A stretch of DNA of 64,000 nucleotides from Felis catus (taxonomy: Eukaryota). The stretch lies in contig NC_058368.1 of NCBI RefSeq assembly GCF_018350175.1, positions 179,740,001 to 179,804,000 of the forward strand. Direction: 5' to 3'. Made by a program: the position numbers and the translations under genes. How positions within the stretch are numbered: the first letter of the stretch is position 1; every line of letters begins with the position of its first letter. The notes under the pieces are model-generated. The model was not told the origin of the DNA. It did not search any database and saw nothing but the letters and a program-made list of their open reading frames with translations. This document shows positions 60,326 to 64,000 of the stretch, in pieces.

Positions 60326-63300
60326 AAATAGGATTACACTGTATACGTTGTTTTGTAGCATGGTTTTTTGCTAACAACATATTGTGGACATCTCTCCACA
60401 TCAATAAGCCTAGATCTTCAGTTGTTTGTATGTCATAATCTTGCAGTGTTCCAATGTGTGGCCAGGTCAGAATGCAGTAATCTGCAGTCAATCGACTGGG
60501 TGCTCCCTAGTATTTGCTTGTCCCTACAAGATGCAGCAAGCCTCCCTACACCTACAGCTTGCTGCTTCTGTATTTCCATCACTGCTCTTGGCCCCACTTC
60601 TTGAAAACGTCACTCCCTCAGCAGTTGCTTGGATCACAGTTCTCGAAATGGCAAAATATGTATGCTGTCTGTTTCAGGATGCCTTGAAGACTTATACGAT
60701 CCAGTTTTTAATATAAAAATTTGGCTGTGGCATAGCCCTTAGAACAGAAGGAAGTCACAAGTGCCATTTCTGACTCAGTCCCTCCGGACATACTAGCCTT
60801 CTCTCCTGTGAATGCCCCATCGCTGGAGTAGATGCAACCTGGGGCTTGTAGCCACTTCCAGAAATACCCTGTCTGTGAAATTGCAATGGACAGCCAATAA
60901 ACCCGGGGTCAGGGGTTAATGAATGCCAGGAAGAGCATGGGAAGAGGAGGCAGGCTGGAGGTTTGGGAGTCTGGGGAATGAACCACTCATCTTTTAAGTT
61001 CCTGGGCTCAAGAGCATCATGGGGAATCACAGGTGGCTGTAACTGTATGAAGACCTGGCCAGGTATGAGGGTGGAGCTGGGGGAGAATTCAGGGTGGCAA
61101 TGAGAGTTAATATAAGGTACAAGCCTGGGAGCCCTATTTATTATTTTTCATCAGCCAAAGAAGGCAGTTTTTAGATTTAGGTTTTTTTTCTTTGATGAGC
61201 TGTCACCATGGTGATAGAATTGGAAATTCTTTTTCTGACAGCATTGCTGTTAAGCCATTTGTTGAATTATTTGCATACCGTGACTCTAGAAGGCCCCCAG
61301 AGCTGTGTGCTTCCCTCTCTGTCAAGAAGAAAGTTGGTGTCAGCATCTCTTGGGTTCTTTGCCACAGAAATGTCCAGGTTTCCTGCATGCCTGGTCTCTA
61401 GCAGGTATTCCTGGATTCCCCATAGTGCATCCTGCAGAAGGAACTCATGAGAAAACAAAACCAAAGAGAAGAAAAAAGTGAAGAATTTACCATCTGTTCC
61501 AGGGAAATTTGAGTCTCTCTACTTTTCTCTGGACCCATGTGGTTTGGTCTCTGGTACATCACGTCTACAGAATCCACCACAGGGCAGAAGTGCTTGGAGG
61601 AGACATGCAGTAAGTATGACCTTCCAGAATGATCCAGGCACTTAGGAGCCCAAGTTGCTGCTTCCATTACTGGGCTGGAACTATCTGAATTCACACAGAA
61701 GAATCTGTTCTTCTGTGAGTGATAGTTTCTTTAAGATTCCAGATGGATCCAAGATAATTTTTGAAATTCTCTTAACTTTCTGACTGATTTCAAAACTGTA
61801 TCTGGAAAAGTGCCTTCTTCACATCCTTCTCTGACTTGGGCCCAGTAAAAGGATGGATTGCATTCTGAAACTTGCAGCACTTTTTGCCCTGACTCACACT
61901 TCCATTCAGACCTCTTCTCTGAAAAAGCACCAGCCACAGTAATGAAGAGCCATATCCTAATGAGAAGAAATTGAGTTTACTGATTATCTTCTAATTCAGT
62001 GAGACTTGGATGTGTCTGGAGACTTCAGGAGTCGCAGTTGGCCTCTGATCCCATGGCCCTGTGAGAACTCTATATGCCTAGGTAGGAATTTTTTGAAGCT
62101 GCCCCTATGTCTTGGGTTTGTGTCTTCTCATTTTGTCTCTTCTCTGCCCCCATTCCTCTGCTACTCTTCTTTAAAGACAAGTAGGGGGTGGTGTATTCTG
62201 GGTTGCTATCGGTTTGCTTCTGGAGGATGGGGTGCGTGTGACAGCTTGGGCAAGGCACGGAGCCCAGGCTGTTTGTGTCACACTCCGTTCCCAGTGACAA
62301 ACACTGCTGCTCGCCTCCCTGTCCAAATCTAATAGCACGTATGTTCTCCCAGTTCCGTGCTGTTGCTCAGGAAACGGAAGCAGCAGCATGATCTAGAGTA
62401 GGATTATGGCTTAGTCAACCTTAAAGCCTCGCAGCGCTTCTGGCAACTTCTGGCAGGAAAAGCCTATCTGCTCCCACTGCCCAGGGAGAGGTTTGTGATA
62501 GACAGGTTCCTCTCCGTACTGGGAAGGTTTGCCTCCTGAAGTTAGAAAATATGTGTCTGCCCACAGCTCACATTGGGGCAATGTAGTTCTCAAACTCTAG
62601 GATCTCAGCCAAATCCCAGCCTTGCTGCTCACGAGATAAGGCACATGAGATAAGTGCTTATTAAGCACAAGCTGTTATCATAGCCCCTTCAATGGCTCTC
62701 CTCTTCCTCCCTGGGTGGACTGGCTGTCCTGGAGTTTCCCAGTTGCTAGACCTTAGTGCTGCTCTCCAGATTAAGTTCCTGGCTCAGAGGCTTACCAGCT
62801 GGATGATTGGTCATGTTCTTCACCTTTCTGATCCTCCCGTTGGTTATTCATAAAAGAAGAATAATTATGCCTATGTCCCAGCCGGTTTTGAGGATAAATA
62901 AAATAGCACTCATGAGGCCCATAGCTCAGGACACACCCAATGTGGCCTTCTGGCAGAATCTAATTCTCCAAATTCAGGATATAAATGTTTCCACTGGGGA
63001 GAAAAAAAAAACAATTCTTTCCCTTTCCCTGGATTCAGTCCTTGGTCCCTTTCTGAAAATGCACCTGCCCCTTGTATACCTGCTCCCCTCTGTCTGAGGA
63101 GATGGGTGAAGCACAGGTGAAAACCCAACCTCTGGCTCCCTTAGACACACACTGACACACTCACCCAACTTTTCTATCCCTGCTAGCACATTGCAGAGAA
63201 GGCCTTTAATATGGTGGGGGAGCCCAAGAGTTTGGGGCACAGGAGGCAGGGTGAAGATTCTAGGAGACATCCGTGGGAGAAGGTAGCTAGGAGTAGGATG

Positions 63301-63515
63301 GAAAGAGAACAGAAGGTAGGAATGAGGAGGAGGAGACAGAGAGAGAGAAGAGATTTCCCAGTGAGCTTAGAAGCCCCCTAGTTTCCTAGAAGGCTTTGGG
63401 GAATTTACCATAGCTTCTTGTCACTGCCAACGGCCTCCTACCCAGAGGTCTAGAGCTGTCCCTAAAGAATACTAAGGACCTGTGAAAACCTTTAGTCTTA
63501 TAGTCATTCTTCTTT

Positions 63516-63719
63516 TTAAAAAGTGTTTTTAATGTTTTATTTTTGAGAGAGGGAGAGCATGAATGTGGGAGGGGTAAAGAGAGAGGGAAACACAAAATCC
63601 AAAGTAGGCTCCAGGTACTGAGCTGTCAGAGCCTGACACAGGGCTCAAACTCACAGACTGCAAGATCATGACCTAAGCTGAAGTGGGACACTGAACCGAC
63701 TGAGCCACCCAGGTGCCTC
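63516..63719 (-). mobile_element. SINEC_Fc-type CAN-SINE
   Basis: TSD ata(g/a)tcattcttcttt at 63500-63515 and 63720-63735. Confidence 0.95.
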
Positions 63720-64000
63720 ATAATCATTCTTCTTTAAATGAAAATTCCACTGCCTCCAGTTTTTAATAGAACCCTAATATAACACAACCTTTTTTTTTTT
63801 TTTACAAAGAACAAACCATTTTCTTATAATAATGGAGGAAATGAAACCCCAAGTCCATCTCTGACAAGAGACTCACTGCTGTAGATACCAACATGTGGAC
63901 CTCATGGAAGAACTCACACTAAAGCCTTCTTTGGTTCTCAGGACCTTCTTTGGTGTGCTTGCATTATACACCTGTGTGTATCTGGACACTCATGCAACTC

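Noticed and set aside
1..64000. CRISPR array, operon or other prokaryotic/viral system
   Set aside because: No repeat-spacer array, gene-dense coding or retroviral gag/pol ORF; content is typical mammalian non-coding DNA.

Overview
Mammalian non-coding DNA, almost certainly from a felid: it carries about 12 tRNA-derived CAN-SINEs of the SINEC_Fc type and an L1 3'UTR fragment resembling the feline L1. I can support no protein-coding gene, RNA gene or prokaryotic-type system. The ORF track is consistent with chance ORFs and repeat-derived ORFs. The window looks like a long intron or gene desert: many old repeats (MIR, L2, L1M, MaLR/ERVL LTRs, hAT-Charlie and Tigger MITEs) separated by islands with no recognisable repeat and dense transcription-factor motifs. 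Best-supported curiosities: (1) a three-level nested SINE stack at 10.5-11.2 kb with all target-site duplications (TSDs) readable; (2) an MLT1-in-MLT1 nest containing a 5'-inverted L1 insertion with a possible 3' transduction at 34.4-35.5 kb; (3) a close inverted SINE pair at 59.7-60.3 kb. More speculative: + strand splice architectures (a recursive-splice-like AG|GT site at 6848/6849 and micro-exon candidates at 5370 and 26146) and a CpG-retaining enhancer-like island at 50.5-51.0 kb. Repeat subfamily names come from my recollection of consensus sequences, and boundaries of old repeats are approximate; RepeatMasker/Dfam is needed to confirm them. I cannot identify the host locus.
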